DNA of 64,000 nucleotides from Octopus bimaculoides (Eukaryota). The first letter of the stretch is position 1. Every line of letters begins with the position of its first letter. Shown piece after piece: positions 12,763 to 24,823 of this stretch. The DNA lies in contig NC_068990.1 in NCBI RefSeq assembly GCF_001194135.2, forward strand, positions 69,302,548 through 69,366,547, in the 5' to 3' direction. Position numbers and translations under genes: made by a program. Under the pieces are notes generated by a model. The model ran no database searches. It saw nothing but the letters and a program-made list of their open reading frames with translations, and had not been told where the DNA came from.

Positions 12763-13166
12763 CTCTTTAATCTTTACTCTTTTACTTGTTTCAGTCATTT
12801 GACTGCGGCCATGCTGGAGCACCGCCTTTAGTCGAGCAAATCGACCCCAGGACGTATTCTTTGTAAGCCTAGTACTTATTCTATCGGTCTCTTTTGCCGA
12901 ACCGCTAGGTTACGGGGGCGTAAACACACCGGCATCGGTTGTCAAGCGATGTTGGAGGGACAAACACAGACACACAAACATACACACACACACACATATA
13001 CATATATACGACGGGTTTCTTTCAGTTTCCGTCTACCAAATCCACTCACAAGGCTTTGGTCGGCCCGAGGCTATAGTAGAAGACACTTGCCCAAGGTGCC
13101 ACGCAGTGGGACTGAACCCGGAACCATGTGGTTGGTAAGCAAGCTACTTACCACACAGCCACTCCT
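12763..13166 (-). mobile_element. Full-length tRNA-derived SINE, family B
   Basis: Reverse strand: GGAGTGGCTGTGTGGTAAG head, GGTTCAGTCCC B-box, GGCAAGTGTCTTCTACTATAGCC core, internal (TG)n, AAAAGAGTAAAAGA tail. Confidence 0.9.
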
Positions 13167-13249
13167 ACGCATATACAGCCACACGCCACGCATCCATTTC
13201 GAAGTAAGTTTATATGTAAATATATACAGGGGTATGTGTCTGTTTGTCT

Positions 13250-13470
13250 ATCTGTCTGTCTTCATGCCTGTGTTTGTCCTGCTCCACCGATTGTCAATCA
13301 ATGTTGGTGTGTTTACGTCCCAGTAACTTAGCGGTCCAGTAAAAAGAGATCAATAGAATAAGTATCAGTCGTTTGAAAAAATAAATCCTGGGGTCGATTT
13401 GTTCAACTAAAACCCTTCAAGGCGGTACTCTAGCATGGCTGCAGTGAAATGATTGAAACAAGTAAAAGGA
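13250..13470 (+). mobile_element. SINE family B, 3' half
   Basis: GGTGTGTTTACGTCCCAGTAACTTAGCGG...GGGGTCGATTTG...GCATGGCTGCAG. Confidence 0.75.
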
Positions 13471-13484
13471 AAAAACAGAATATT

Positions 13485-14425
13485 CAGGGTACGATGAATA
13501 AACTGTCGTCTAAATTACGCAAAAATGAAAATAACACTTACGGAGATGTATTTGCATAGCAAGTGATCTGATCTGAGATCGTGTGCTGAAACAAAAACAA
13601 TTGCAGCGTGAAAGGTCATTTAAAAAACACAAAAACCGTTAGAATCACTTCAACTTTTAAATTTAGCTTGCCAAAATATTTTTCGTCGCTTTGAGACCGC
13701 GACCTGATCACTGACAAAATTCTGTGCTGACATCTAATGTTAACAGATATATTTACCAAAAGTACATAAAAATATCTTGAAATACTAAAGAGTAAATTTA
13801 CTCAATAAAATCGCCATTGGCTTCAAACACGGCCTCCAGACGACTTTGGAATTTCCTGCAACTCTTCTAGACGGTCACCTTGTTTAGGTTGGTGAATACT
13901 GTTATAATCCTTGCCTTGGTCTCTCATTCAAATGCGCCCCACACGTAATAATCAGGGGGGGGGCAGTCTGGGGAGATAGGTGGCCAGATGTTAGGGGTGA
14001 TGTGGTTGCAGAAAATTGTCTGACAGCCATGACTGGATTTTTCTTCTCGTGTGACATGGTGCAGACACTTGCGTAGTTAGTGTGTACCGCCCAGGACAGC
14101 CCTTCCATTCGCCGGATCCCACAAAAAAACACATATTGCTTACAGCAGATCCAAAAGTGCCGCCCGGGGCGAAACGACCCTACAGCCCCCAACCCCAGCT
14201 ACGCTAGTGCTCTCGATACATGTTCATATTGGTACATGTTCGTACTGAAGCTTTCGGCGCGAATGCTGAGCAGTACAGCATATTTCAAAATTTCTGGAAG
14301 AGTAAATTGCGTCATGGTGCTGTTTTTCTCATTGACCCTCTTATAATGTGTAGTTGACAAAATCAAAAACAAACAATGCGCGAAATTAAAAATACAAAAT
14401 GGTGACGATTTACCATCGCACCCTG
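13485..14425 (-). mobile_element. Internally deleted IS630-Tc1-mariner element, maT/DD37D-like transposase remnant at ~13805-14065
   Basis: TIRs CAGGGTACGATGAATAAA (13485) and TTTACCATCGCACCCTG (ends 14425). Minus-strand SAPCHTRRKIQSWLSDNF..HITPNIWPPISPDC..DYYVWG and KARIITVFTNLNK...RLEAVFEANGDF. Confidence 0.8.
14066..14209 (+). mobile_element. 144-bp MITE nested in the mariner element
   Basis: Ends CACTTGCGTAGTT / AGCTACGCTAGTG are imperfect 13-bp TIRs. Internal GCCGCCCGGGGC motif. Homologous copy at 57239. Confidence 0.7.
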
Positions 14426-14430
14426 TGTAT

Positions 14431-14826
14431 AGGCGTGGCTATGTGGTAAGAATCTTGCTTCCAAATCACATGGTTCCGGGTTCAGTCCCACTGCGTGACA
14501 CTTTGAGCAAATGTCTTCTATTATAGCTTCGGGTCAGCTACAGCTTTATGAATGGATATGGCAGACGGAAACTGAAAGAAGCCCATCGTATATGTATTTG
14601 TGTGTGTGTGTGTTTGTGTCTGCACTTGTTCCAGCACCATCGCTTGACAACCGATATTCGTGTGTTCACGTCTTCGTAACTTAACGGTTCGGCAAAAAAA
14701 AAACGGTGGAAGAAGTACTAGATTTATAAAGAATACATTTTGGGTTTTATTTCTTTGACTAAAACCCTTTAAAGTGGTGCTTCAGTATGGCCGCAGTTAA
14801 ATTATTGAAACAATAGAATAACAGAA
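14431..14826 (+). mobile_element. Full-length SINE family B
   Basis: AGGCGTGGCTATGTGGTAAG head through GTATGGCCGCAG tail. Confidence 0.85.
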
Positions 14827-15212
14827 TGTGTGTGTACCGTTTTACAAAATCAAACTAAAAAACTGGACAAAACAGAGAAAACAATTGAAAAAATTAAAAA
14901 GAAAAAAAAAGAGAAAGAAAAAGAGAACAAAGGAAAAAAAATCAAAACAATTCACCNNNNNNNNNNNNNNNNNNNNNNNNNNNNNNNNNNNNNNNNNNNN
15001 NNNNNNNNNNNNNNNNNNNNNNNNNNNNNNNNNNNNNNNNNNNNNNNNNNNNNNNNNNNNNNNNNNNNNNNNNNNNNNNNNNNNNNNNNNNNNNNNNNNN
15101 NNNNNNNNNNNNNNNNNNNNNNNNNNNNNNNNNNNNNNNNNNNNNNNNNNNNNNNNNNNNNNNNNNNNNNNNNNNNNNNNNNNNNNNNNNNNNNNNNNNN
15201 NNNNNNNNNNNN

Positions 15213-16245
15213 AAAGAAATCTCGCAGTTAGTGGTCCGACCCCACCAAACGTCTCGAGCGCCACAGGATGGAAAATGTAGTTGGCCGACAGATCGCGGTA
15301 TTTCAGGATTTTGTTCCACTTGACCGCAGAAGCTGTGGATCTCGCCCTGACCGCAGCATCCAGGATGTGAGAAGAAGTAAAGAAGTCGCTAACTGTGACA
15401 TCCCAAACAAGGCATCTGCTTTGCGACCAGGGCACAGGGTGAGGCCGTCAGGTCTCTTCCCATCACATCTGGACAATCCAGATGGTTCCAAGATGGAGGG
15501 GATGTTTGCCCGGGCCAAGCTCCTCTTGCGTATCAGGTTCAACTCCATATGACGCATGAAGCGACCAGCATTCAGGCAGCAAGAAAGGCCATGGAGGCCT
15601 GTGGAATCGAGGAGCCTGCCACAACGAAAGATCAAACCTGTGCATACGTCAGCTCCCAGTCTGAGGGCAATGGAGACACGAAGTTCGTCCAAGCTGTGTA
15701 GAACACCAACATTAGCCACAGGGATGGCATCAATCCAGTCACCTGAGTATTAGGCACTAGCAGACAGTAAGCGGCGCCTTGAAAACTGGTCCGACTGGAT
15801 GAAGAGGGAGTCGAAGGTGGCCTTCGAAATTATGTTGTCCCAAGCTCTCTGACTCCGACAGTCCTCCACCTTCTCAGGAGCAGACAAGCCCAATTCCCTC
15901 CAGTGTTGGAGAGCTTCATCCAACTCCCTGTTGGAACTGGTCCGTGTTGGAGAAGAGAGGATGCTGCTCACCAGGTTGGAGCAGGCGTGGGTGGAGGGAG
16001 GGAAGCAGGGGAGAGAGAGGGACGTACACTTACGAAGACCAAGACCTCCAAATCGCTTGGGCAATGCAGCTTGATCGCGGGACGTTGGAGAGAGACCGAC
16101 ATTGACTAAGCATTCGAGTCTCTCAATGAATTAGGTTGTCGAAGCGTTGGGGTCACGATGGGAATCTGAGCAAATATAGAAGATTAGGGATCGAGACGTA
16201 ATTCCTAAGTATGAAAAAAACTTGATGTGGTTCGATAGCTTCAAT
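15213..16245 (-). mobile_element. CRE-clade RLE non-LTR retrotransposon fragment (post-RT, zinc knuckle, endonuclease)
   Basis: Minus-strand IEPHQVFFILRNYVSIPNLLYLLR, DQAALPKRFGGLGLR, CGRLLDSTGLHGLSC...RHMELNLIRKRSL...EPSGLSRCDGKRPDG and LVWDVTVSD...KYRDL..NYIFHPVALETFGG. Stops and frameshifts present. Confidence 0.8.
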
Positions 16246-16939
16246 ATTTATCATTTCTTTTTTTCTCTTTTTTCTTTCACTCTTTTTTTTCTTTTTTTAA
16301 TAATTTTTTTTCAATTGTGTTCTGTTTTNNNNNNNNNNNNNNNNNNNNNNNNNNNNNNNNNNNNNNNNNNNNNNNNNNNNNNNNNNNNNNNNNNNNNNNN
16401 NNNNNNNNNNNNNNNNNNNNNNNNNNNNNNNNNNNNNNNNNNNNNNNNNNNNNNNNNNNNNNNNNNNNNNNNNNNNNNNNNNNNNNNNNNNNNNNNNNNN
16501 NNNNNNNNNNNNNNNNNNNNNNNNNNNNNNNNNNNNNNNNNNNNNNNNNNNNNNNNNNNNNNNNNNNNNNNNNNNNNNNNNNNNNNNNNNNNNNNNNNNN
16601 NNNNNNNNNNNNNNNNNNNNNNNNNNNNNNNNNNNNNNNNNNNNNNNNNNNNNNNNNNNNNNNNNNNNNNNNNNNNNNNNNNNNNNNNNNNNNNNNNNNN
16701 NNNNNNNNNNNNNNNNNNNNNNNNNNNNNNNNNNNNNNNNNNNNNNNNNNNNNNNNNNNNNNNNNNNNNNNNNNNNNNNNNNNNNNNNNNNNNNNNNNNN
16801 NNNNNNNNNNNNNNNNNNNNNNNNNNNNNNNNNNNNNNNNNNNNNNNNNNNNNNNNNNNNNNNNNNNNNNNNNNNNNNNNNNNNNNNNNNNNNNNNNNNN
16901 NNNNNNNNNNNNNNNNNNNNNNNNNNNNNNNNNTAAGTG

Positions 16940-17043
16940 TTTTCGATCAATAAACAACACTCACAACGCCCGGTCTGGGAATGGAAACAGCGATCCTATG
17001 ATCGCGAATCCGATGCCCTAACCACTGGACCATTGCGCCTCCA
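16940..17043 (-). mobile_element. tRNA-derived SINE head, family C
   Basis: Reverse strand GTGGAGGCGCAATGGTCCAGTGGTTAGGGCA...GTTTCCATTCCCAGACCGGGCG has A/B-box-like motifs but no acceptor stem. Confidence 0.6.
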
Positions 17044-17605
17044 CACAGACACACACACACACACACATATATATACACATATTTATGTATATTTATACAG
17101 AGAGAGGAAGAGAGAGAGAGGGGGGGGAGAGAGCGGGAGAGAGAGAGGGAGAGAGACAGAGGGAGAGAGAGAGGGAGAGAGAGAGAGGGAGAGAGACAGC
17201 GGGAGAGAGAGAGAGAGGGAGAGAGAGAGTGATTAGATAGGTTGATAGATAGATATACAAAACAGACATACGCAAGTAGGCATAAGCACATGCACACATA
17301 AACACACACGTGTATACATGCACACGCACTACCTGTAGCGTGACGCCTACCTTTCTCTCTAACGCCATATATACATTTACTTCTCATATTTTATATTTCA
17401 CTGATAATACGTCTCTTTTATTCTTCCTTCCTTCCTTCGTTTATTCTCTTCATTACCGCTTCGTTGTCCCGCTCTTTCCATTCCTCAACACATCGTCCCT
17501 TTTACTTTTCAAATTTTCATCGCTCTTATATTTCTACGCAACACCCTCTCTTTCTCCCTAAATTAATCTTCCCTTCTATATTTATTTATAAACCTTTTCT
17601 CTTTT

Positions 17606-17686
<81 letters not shown>

Positions 17687-19626
17687 ACGCTATCCCGTTG
17701 TCGTTTCTGTACTTCTTTTACGCTTACTCTTTCTCTCTGTCTTTCTTTCTTTACTTTTTAACCAATCAGAATCGACCGACTTCTCACAGTCCCACCAACC
17801 GACCGACCGACCCGTCAAACAGATGTAATTAGCTTCAAATCGAAATGGACTTACAAAAAAAGTTGTTTTATTAGCGTCAACTCTCGATGGATGTAAAACT
17901 GCTTTTATTCTTCTTTTTAATTGGACTTAATGAAATATCACAAGGTCCCAGCCATTGCATGGCCACAGGTAAGACACCTAAGATAACTCACATTGCTAAC
18001 CTAGACGTGTAAAATATGTATATAGATAAAGCAGATAATTGATGTAGTAGTTTGGCAACGATATAGGTAGATATATATAAGTGGGTATAACTTTGATAAG
18101 TTTCGGCCAGTATAGGCCCAGGTCATGTCTAACTCAATAACACCACCTGGTATATATATACCTGTGCGTGTGTGTGTGTGTGTGTGTGTCTGAAGATTGG
18201 TTGATTATATGTGTGTGTATGTATGTATGTATATATATATATATATATATATATAAGATTGGTTGATTATATGTGTGTGTATGTATGTATGTATATATAT
18301 ATANNNNNNNNNNNNNNNNNNNNNNNNNNNNNNNNNNNNNNNNNNNNNNNNNNNNNNNNNNNNNNNNNNNNNNNNNNNNNNNNNNNNNNNNNNNNNNNNN
18401 NNNNNNNNNNNNNNNNNNNNNNNNNNNNNNNNNNNNNNNNNNNNNNNNNNNNNNNNNNNNNNNNNNNNNNNNNNNNNNNNNNNNNNNNNNNNNNNNNNNN
18501 NNNNNNNNNNNNNNNNNNNNNNNNNNNNNNNNNNNNNNNNNNNNNNNNNNNNNNNNNNNNNNNNNNNNNNNNNNNNNNNNNNNNNNNNNNNNNNNNNNNN
18601 NNNNNNNNNNNNNNNNNNNNNNNNNNNNNNNNNNNNNNNNNNNNNNNNNNNNNNNNNNNNNNNNNNNNNNNNNNNNNNNNNNNNNNNNNNNNNNNNNNNN
18701 NNNNNNNNNNNNNNNNNNNNNNNNNNNNNNNNNNNNNNNNNNNNNNNNNNNNNNNNNNNNNNNNNNNNNNNNNNNNNNNNNNNNNNNNNNNNNNNNNNNN
18801 NNNNNNNNNNNNNNNNNNNNNNNNNNNNNNNNNNNNNNNNNNNNNNNNNNNNNNNNNNNNNNNNNNNNNNNNNNNNNNNNNNNNNNNNNNNNNNNNNNNN
18901 NNNNNNNNNNNNNNNNNNNNNNNNNNNNNNNNNNNNNNNNNNNNNNNNNNNNNNNNNNNNNNNNNNNNNNNNNNNNNNNNNNNNNNNNNNNNNNNNNNNN
19001 NNNNNNNNNNNNNNNNNNNNNNNNNNNNNNNNNNNNNNNNNNNNNNNNNNNNNNNNNNNNNNNNNNNNNNNNNNNNNNNNNNNNNNNNNNNNNNNNNNNN
19101 NNNNNNNNNNNNNNNTCGCTCGTTTTCTCTAACACAATCACAATTTTGCGAATGTCGCAAATGCCTCACTCATTCAATTAATTTTCCCCTTGAACTAAAC
19201 ACATTAGATCATTGAAATAATTTTTATTTTTTAATATTTTTATCGTTTGACCACCTTCAAAACATTCTCACTTTTACAGGAAACACTCGTTAGATTAATG
19301 AGAAAACAAAAGAAATATTGTAACCTGTTTCTTTTCCCTTTTCCTGAATATTATTATTATTATTATTAGTGTTGTTACTATTGCTTCCCCCACCCACCGA
19401 GCGAGGAAAAGACAAGAGTTGATGTCGGTGGGATTTTAACTTAATATTCTGGGTTCAAATCCCTCCGTGGTCAGCTTTGCATTTCATTGTCGTGCGGGAT
19501 CGATAAAATAAAGTATTAGTCAGGTACTAGAGTAGATGTAACCTATTTGGGTCCTGTCCCCTTAGATTTAGTATTGTCCATAATGTTTTTCTTAATGTAA
19601 ACTCTTTGCGGTTAATAAAGTTCGAG

Positions 19627-19805
19627 ACTGGTACTTAATTTATCGATGCCGAAAGGATGAAAGGCAGAACATTCTGCCGAGGTCGACTTAGCCTTTCATC
19701 CTACGAAGTCGATAAATTAAGTATCAGTCAAGTTCTGATGTCGATCTAATCGACTGGTCCCCACCCCCTAAATTTCAGGCCTTGTGCCTATAGTAGAAAG
19801 GATTA
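19627..19805 (+). mobile_element. Family A SINE with an inverted 5' segment
   Basis: 19627-19665 is the reverse complement of the core at 19691-19728. Confidence 0.7.
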
Positions 19806-21120
19806 TTATTATTATCATTATCATTATCATCAATAATACTAACTTTTTTGTTTTTGTACGTACCTGTTGTGTGCCTCACACTTACTTCTAAGTGGCTAAG
19901 AGAGAGAGAGGAGGACAGAGAGGAAGTAAGAGAGAGAGAGTGAGAAAAAAAGAGAGAGTGAGAGAGACAGTGATTGGTGACGGCGTTTGTTTTGTGTTTT
20001 TAAATGTTTATCACATCGCAAGAGAAGTAGATACATAAATACATATACACATTGTTAAATCAAAAGCGGGAGAGAAGAGTGACACAAAGGAAGTGAAAGA
20101 AAAAGAGAGAAAGTGAGAGAGACAGCAGATACATAAATATAACGAAAACTTCATACATAGATACATACACACAGCAAATATTGGATGTCATTTTCACTTT
20201 TCATTACCACACGAGGATAAAATTAACTCACAAATGGTTGAGTACTCCACAGACACGCATAACATTAACGTAGTTCTCAGGGAGATTTAGCTTCACACAG
20301 AATATGACAAGGCTGGCCCCTTTGAATTACAGCTACAACTGGAGACNNNNNNNNNNNNNNNNNNNNNNNNNNNNNNNNNNNNNNNNNNNNNNNNNNNNNN
20401 NNNNNNNNNNNNNNNNNNNNNNNNNNNNNNNNNNNNNNNNNNNNNNNNNNNNNNNNNNNNNNNNNNNNNNNNNNNNNNNNNNNNNNNNNNNNNNNNNNNN
20501 NNNNNNNNNNNNNNNNNNNNNNNNNNNNNNNNNNNNNNNNNNNNNNNNNNNNNNNNNNNNNNNNNNNNNNNNNNNNNNNNNNNNNNNATATATATATATA
20601 TACGAATGGATTTGTATGTGTGTATAGTTTAGGTTACTTAAAATATGTTTACAATAATTACTGTCGTGTGGTGGAAATATACGCAATTACCAAACTTTCA
20701 TTCATTAATCCATTTATTATTTTGTTCTTTTGCATTTCAATTTGTACAATAAGGTCCTTTGAATATGTACGATGTATTTTAAGGTTAAATAGTAATTCCG
20801 TTTACGTTTGTGTAACTGAGATATTTTGATTGGATTACGTAGTCATTGGTGTTACATATCTTTCTAGATTCTGAAACTGTCACAATATACTTTTCTAGGT
20901 GTGAATTTTTTTGTGGGGAGGGAGCCAGTTGATTAGATCGACCCCAGTACACAACTGATACTTAATTTATTGACCCCGAAAGGATGAAAGGCAAAGTCGA
21001 TCTCGGCAGAATTTGAACTCAGAACGTAAAGACAGACAGTCATAATATACAAACATTTCTCATGGCACCAGTACACTGTTTACACTTTTTACGTTTCCCG
21101 TGAATTTTTCACGGGTCCAG

Positions 21121-21176
<56 letters not shown>

Positions 21177-21363
21177 TTCTTTCATGCATACAAACAAACA
21201 AACAATCGTTAAATAACAACAAAGAAACCACTTATAACATGTTAAAATACAATTGTTCTCTGTCGATTTTGCTTGTAACTATAAATAATGTTATTACGTT
21301 TCCTTTTAATTGTTCATCTTTCTTTCTTTCCTTTCTCCCCTTCTAATACCATCACCACCATTA

Positions 21364-21394
<31 letters not shown>

Positions 21395-21859
21395 AACTGT
21401 TGCTGTTGTTGATGTGCCTACCCTTGTTATTTTATTTCACAAAACTTTTACCTGTTAGTAATTACACACGCCAGTCTAGTTAGCTGTCAGGTTCTGCGCA
21501 AGTCTCTGTGTGCTGTGTGTGTCGGGTGGGGGGGGCACTTTTGACTGAATGTATCAATTGTAGGTAAGGTAAATAGAAAGAGCGGTTCACGAGGAGGGCA
21601 TCACACACACACATCCATACATATTGTTATATTATATTCTATTATATATATAAGTGCCTGTGTGTGTATGTATATATATATATATATTATATATTATTCT
21701 GTTGTGTCTGGGGAGGCATATATAAATAAATATTATACTGTATATTATATATTGTATATTATATATAAAATATATTGTATATGATATATATTTATATATA
21801 TTGTATAATATAATATATATTTTTTTGTGTATATTATATACATATATATATATTATTCT

Positions 21860-22070
21860 TATATTCTTTTACTTGTTTCAGTCATTTGACTAGGCCATGC
21901 TGGAGCACTTTTTAGTCGGGCAAATCGACGCCAAGACTTATTCTTTGTAAACCTTGCACTTATTCTGTCGGTCTCTTTTTGCCGAACCGCTAAGTTACAG
22001 GGACGTAAACACACCAGCATCGGTTTTCCAGCAATGTTGGGTGAGGGGGACAAACACACACACACACACA
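21860..22070 (-). mobile_element. SINE family B, 3' half
   Basis: Matches 12780-12970. Confidence 0.8.
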
Positions 22071-22073
22071 CAC

Positions 22074-22104
<31 letters not shown>

Positions 22105-22535
22105 NNNNNNNNNNNNNNNNNNNNNNNNNNNNNNNNNNNNNNNNNNNNNNNNNNNNNNNNNNNNNNNNNNNNNNNNNNNNNNNNNNNNNNNNNNNNNNNN
22201 NNNNNNNNNNNNNNNNNNNNNNNNNNNNNNNNNNNNNNNNNNNNNNNNNNNNNNNNNNNNNNNNNNNNNNNNNNNNNNNNNNNNNNNNNNNNNNNNNNNN
22301 NNNNNNNNNNNNNNNNNNNNNNNNNNNNNNNNNNNNNNNNNNNNNNNNNNNNNNNNNNNNNNNNNNNNNNNNNNNNNNNNNNNNNNNNNNNNNNNNNNNN
22401 NNNNNNNNNNNNNNNNNNNNNNNNNNNNNNNNNNNNNNNNNNNNNNNNNNNNNNNNNNNNNNNNNNNNNNNNNNNNNNNNNNNNNNNNNNNNNNNNNNNN
22501 NNNNNNNNNNNNNNNNNNNNNNNNNNNNNNNNNNN

Positions 22536-22577
<42 letters not shown>

Positions 22578-23899
22578 AAGCATGTATTTAGTTTATATGT
22601 CTGGTTGGTTGGCTGGCTGGCTGGTTGGCTGGTTAGTTAGTTGGTTGCCTGGATGGCTGGTTGTTTACTTATTTATTTTGTCTACAGATATGTAACCTTG
22701 CTTGAAAAGAACAGTCGTGTGGGTGTGGGCGCATTATAGTATCGAGAGAAGGGGTCGGGCGAAACGTTGGCAAGACGTCCTGATGCGGTTTGTTTTTCAG
22801 CTCGTGTCGATGTTGAGCTCTCTCTGTCTGTTTCTCTCTCTCGCTCTCTCTGTACGTTGAGAGAGAGAGAGAGAGAGAGAGTAAGTTTAATAGCTTTCTC
22901 CCTACAGGTAAGAAGATTGGCAACGAAAGGTAACCGACTACATACAATTCGACCCAAATAGAATTCACTTCCCTACCTACCTACCCGCATTATCGTCATT
23001 CACGTATAAATACAGCAAGTGTCATGATTGTGTGTGCCCAACAGTTGTGTTCGCGCCTGCGTGTGTGTGTGTATAGATAGATAGATAGATACATACATAC
23101 ATACATACATACATACATACATACATACGTATATATATTATACATATATATATATATATATATGCATATATATAGTATAAACTGCGTATATGCATCCGTA
23201 TGGGTTATGTATGTGTGTGTGTGTGTATGTGTGCGCGTGTAAGTTATACATACACACATATGTATGTGTGTGTATATGTCTATGTATGTGTGTATATATA
23301 TATATATATATANNNNNNNNNNNNNNNNNNNNNNNNNNNNNNNNNNNNNNNNNNNNNNNNNNNNNNNNNNNNNNNNNNNNNNNNNNNNNNNNNNNNNNNN
23401 NNNNNNNNNNNNNNNNNNNNNNNNNNNNNNNNNNNNNNNNNNNNNNNNNNNNNNNNNNNNNNNNNNNNNNNNNNNNNNNNNNNNNNNNNNNNNNNNNNNN
23501 NNNNNNNNNNNNNNNNNNNNNNNNNNNNNNNNNNNNNNNNNNNNNNNNNNNNNNNNNNNNNNNNNNNNNNNNNNNNNNNNNNNNNNNNNNNNNNNNNNNN
23601 NNNNNNNNNNNNNNNNNNNNNNNNNNNNNNNNNNNNNNNNNNNNNNNNNNNNNNNNNNNNNNNNNNNNNNNNNNNNNNNNNNNNNNNNNNNNNNNNNNNN
23701 NNNNNNNNNNNNNNNNNNNNNNNNNNNNNNNNNNNNNNNNNNNNNNNNNNNNNNNNNNNNNNNNNNNNNNNNNNNNNNNNNNNNNNNNNNNNNNNNNNNN
23801 NNNNNNNNNNNNNNNNNNNNNNNNNNNNNNNNNNNNNNNNNNNNNNNNNNNGTGTGTGTGTGTATGTGTGCGCGTGTAAGGTATACATACACATACATA

Positions 23900-24050
23900 T
23901 ATACGACGGGCTTCTTTCAGTTTCCGTCTACCAAATCCACTCAAGGCTTTGGTCGGCCCGAGGCTATTGTAGAAGACATTTGCCCAAGGTGCCACGCAGT
24001 GGAACTGAACCCGGAACCATGTGGCTGGTAAGCAAGCTACTTACCACACA
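23900..24050 (-). mobile_element. SINE family B, 5' half
   Basis: Matches 13010-13155. Confidence 0.85.
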
Positions 24051-24560
24051 TATGTATACAAAGTATGGAGGTTTAGTTCCTTATTCCTTTTCTCCTGTCC
24101 TCTCTATCGTCATTTCATTAATCTATACCCTTTTCATTTTCACTATTTGTCTCCGATAACGGAATATCCCATAGAGCTGTAATTTTTCCAATAATAACGC
24201 ATATGACGTGAATTGTTTGTCTTGCCCTCATGTTTGTTGACCCCCTTAACAATTATGTGTGTGTGTGTGTGTCTGTGTGTGTGTATAGTCCATACGTATG
24301 TGCCTCTGTTTTGGTTATGTATATGTACGTAGATATCTTTGTATACATGCACACACATACATATCTACATACGTACACACACACTCACACACACACATAT
24401 ATATACAACCAGACACACGGACATATATGTGCATGTGTATGTATATATGTATGTATATGTTTATATGTGTATATGTATGTATGTATGATTGTATGTATGT
24501 ACAGATATGTATGTATATGGCAGCTGCGTGCGCGTGCATTTATTGCTCAAGGCAATCTAA

Positions 24561-24823
24561 GGATCTTTTTGGTTTGACGGGCAACACTTGTTTTCTTAAC
24601 GAAACACTTTCAAACTTGGGATACTGGTAGAACGTGTCATATAAAACATCTTTTTCTCTTAGCCTTCTTAACAAAAATTAGTTCTTAATAAGTTATTTCA
24701 TGTTAAAGTTGTCGTATTTGTGTAATTTCATATACAAGTATACGAAGTTTGAAAGTGTTTCGGTACCAAAAACACTACATAAAACATGAATGAAAAATGT
24801 TGCCCGTCAGACCAAAAAGATCC
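24561..24823. mobile_element. 263-bp MITE, Merlin-like (GG termini, 8-bp TSD)
   Basis: 26-bp TIR GGATCTTTTTGGTTTGACGGGCAACA (25/26 match). Perfect flanking direct repeat CAATCTAA at 24553-24560 and 24824-24831. Confidence 0.85.

Noticed and set aside
12763-17043. tRNA genes at SINE heads
   Set aside because: A/B boxes are present but there is no complete cloverleaf, and each head continues into SINE body sequence.
17900-17975. Possible exon ending at CAG|GTAAGA (~17968)
   Set aside because: A single donor-like motif with no convincing acceptor or recognisable ORF.
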